Shown here piece by piece: positions 62,305 to 64,000 of a stretch of 64,000 bases of DNA. The notes beneath the pieces were generated by a model. That model made no database searches and had not been told where the DNA came from. It was given only the letters and a program-made list of their open reading frames with translations. The stretch comes from Gloeobacterales cyanobacterium. Lineage in GTDB: Bacteria > Cyanobacteriota > Cyanobacteriia > Gloeobacterales > PMM-0068. The stretch covers positions 192,001 through 256,000 of the forward strand of contig JBBRSB010000002.1 of NCBI GenBank assembly GCA_038245785.1. The letters run 5' to 3'. The translations under genes and the position numbers were made by a program. Every line of letters starts with the position of its first letter. The first letter of the stretch is position 1.

Positions 62305-63013
62305 TTTCTGCCAAAATTTTCAAGGCCATCTGTCGTGGCTGAGGATGTTGGGTAATCGGCCTACCTATTACCAGGTAATCAGCACCCTGCTCAATCGCTT
62401 CACCGGGCGTGAGGGTGCGCCGTTGGTCATCGGCATTGCTTCCGCTTGGACGAATTCCAGGAGTAACAATCAAAAAATCAGGTCCACAGGCCTGCCGGAC
62501 CAATTCAATTTCTTGAGGCGAACAAACAATCCCTGCTACTCCGCTCCGTCGGGCAAGTTCAGCCATTCGTACAACGTAGTCCGGTACGTCCAAATAAACA
62601 CTTAGCTCAGTGGACAAGGCCGATTGATCGATGCTTGTCAGTAGACTAACCGCCAGCAGCTTGGGACTAGGTTTGCCCGTCTTTTCCGAAAAACTTTGGA
62701 CAGCGGACACGGCAGCTTGCATCATCGCTTGTCCTCCACTGCTATGAATAGTCAAGAGGTCTACGCCCAAGTTGCAGACTTCCAGGCAAGCCTTGGCTAC
62801 AGTATTGGGAATATCGTGCAGCTTGAGGTCAAGAAAAACCCGTCCTCCTTGCTTTTTGACCTGAGCTACTCCTGCTGGACCGCTATGGATAAAAAGCTCT
62901 AAACCAATTTTCCAGAAATTGACTTCGGGGCTCAAGGACTGGATTACCGTTTCTGCAGCGGACATCTCTGAGAAATCTAAGGGAACAATGAGCTTTGTTT
63001 GTTCTGTACTCAA
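62261..63013 (-). CDS. pyrF: Orotidine-5'-phosphate decarboxylase
   Basis: FLDLKLHDIPNTV, TPGIRP, GRPI. Confidence 0.95.
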   Translation of the reverse strand: MSTEQTKLIVPLDFSEMSAAETVIQSLSPEVNFWKIGLELFIHSGPAGVAQVKKQGGRVFLDLKLHDIPNTVAKACLEVCNLGVDLLTIHSSGGQAMMQAAVSAVQSFSEKTGKPSPKLLAVSLLTSIDQSALSTELSVYLDVPDYVVRMAELARRSGVAGIVCSPQEIELVRQACGPDFLIVTPGIRPSGSNADDQRRTLTPGEAIEQGADYLVIGRPITQHPQPRQMALKILAEIAGPEISGKDHAPS

Positions 63014-63203
63014 GACTACCTACCTGCTTTTGTGGAAATGAAGCTGATTTACTCTACTTTTTACGACTAAGTTCCTGTTTCCTCCAACATTCCGCCCAAC
63101 TTCATGCACAGAATAGTTTTTTCAAATAGAATTTCACATTTTCTTTAGAATTGAGTATACTTACATTAATCAAGTTAACAAAACTGCTTCAATATAGAAG
63201 TAT

Positions 63204-63764
63204 ATGTTTACAAGGTTTCGTTTCATCTCTGCCAGAAGTTCAAACCAAATTCAGGTAAAGCCTATGGGCTTAGCACAACGTGGGCAGGAGTATGTCTTAA
63301 TTCCCCTTATTAGTACCTACGTTTCCCCGCAGGAAACTCAGCATAACGATGTGGATTGGGGCCACGTGACTTATTTATTAGATGTGTATACTCCTTCTGT
63401 CGAAAGAGAATTCACTATTGGCCTGGGGGGTCTCCAAGGACTACATGTAACGCTTCCTCAGGGAATCCCTGATGATGCTATTCGTTGGGACATGGTTCGG
63501 GCCTTTGACCAGAATGGGAAATCCATAGATATCGAGTCTGTCAGGAGCAAAGATCAGGTGTTGACCGTGGAGCTTACGGAACCTCTTGCTCCAAGCGCCT
63601 ACCTGCGCCTCGAATGTAAGTATATGCCCACACCTGAGCCTTCCCGTAGAACTAACGTAGCAACATTCCCCCTTGTGAATTGCCGCTGGGGACGTTTTGA
63701 AACTACAGCCATTCTTTTCTTTGAGTCCAAGGACCGATTGGGAAAACGTCGTCACAGCGCATAG
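63204..63764 (+). CDS. Hypothetical protein (possibly DUF2808-like)
   Basis: Beta-rich ORF; weak resemblance only; start uncertain. Confidence 0.45.
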   Translation: MFTRFRFISARSSNQIQVKPMGLAQRGQEYVLIPLISTYVSPQETQHNDVDWGHVTYLLDVYTPSVEREFTIGLGGLQGLHVTLPQGIPDDAIRWDMVRAFDQNGKSIDIESVRSKDQVLTVELTEPLAPSAYLRLECKYMPTPEPSRRTNVATFPLVNCRWGRFETTAILFFESKDRLGKRRHSA

Positions 63765-63790
63765 TTTATTAGATTCTTTCGCCCTACACC

Positions 63791-64000
63791 TCAAAACAGG
63801 CCAAAGCGCTTTGGTTGCGGGTGAAATTTTGGGTACATCATCGCTGGAACAGGTTTATTCCCTTCCAGATGTTCTTGCACGAGGACGGGCACTTCGCTGT
63901 AGTGCACGCGCGAATACCAGATTTGTTCAGGCATAACCAAAACCATAGGTCCGGAACCGCATTGGCCCAGACAGCCTGTGCCAGAAACCGTCACCTCAGA
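63791..64000 (-). CDS. Thioredoxin-like (2Fe-2S) ferredoxin domain protein, partial (5' end outside the window)
   Basis: GCLGQCGSGPMVLVMPEQIWYSRV. Confidence 0.85.
   Translation of the reverse strand, partial: SEVTVSGTGCLGQCGSGPMVLVMPEQIWYSRVHYSEVPVLVQEHLEGNKPVPAMMYPKFHPQPKRFGLF

Overview
Cyanobacterial chromosome segment. It is probably from an early-branching Gloeobacterales-like lineage (inferred from a short FNR with no CpcD domain, a divergent PRK and scarce HIP1 sites). Core genes include urtBCDE, an SLH/OprB porin, an iron-stress cluster (ferritin-like protein, flavodoxin, Crp-family regulator), tkt, prk, petH, thiD, chlLN, a 1-Cys peroxiredoxin, smc, gluconokinase, clpB and pyrF, plus tRNA-Val(GAC), tRNA-Cys(GCA) and tRNA-Gly(GCC). 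Accessory content: (1) a ~16.7 kb integrase-less defence island bounded by a 47-bp direct repeat of the tRNA-Cys 3' end. It carries a four-gene DUF499 ATPase / DUF3780 / DUF1156 methyltransferase / PLD-SNF2 helicase restriction-like system, mrr, an hsdS remnant and four toxin-antitoxin loci. (2) Seven copies of a 24-nt hairpin micro-element in that island, most inserted in frame inside TA or Uma2 genes. (3) A DUF2892-sqr-RND efflux operon behind a palindromic operator. (4) A 2.8 kb segment bounded by a duplicated 3' end of an HNH gene, followed by a SNF2/SWIM gene pair. All family calls come from motif recognition by eye, not database searches.
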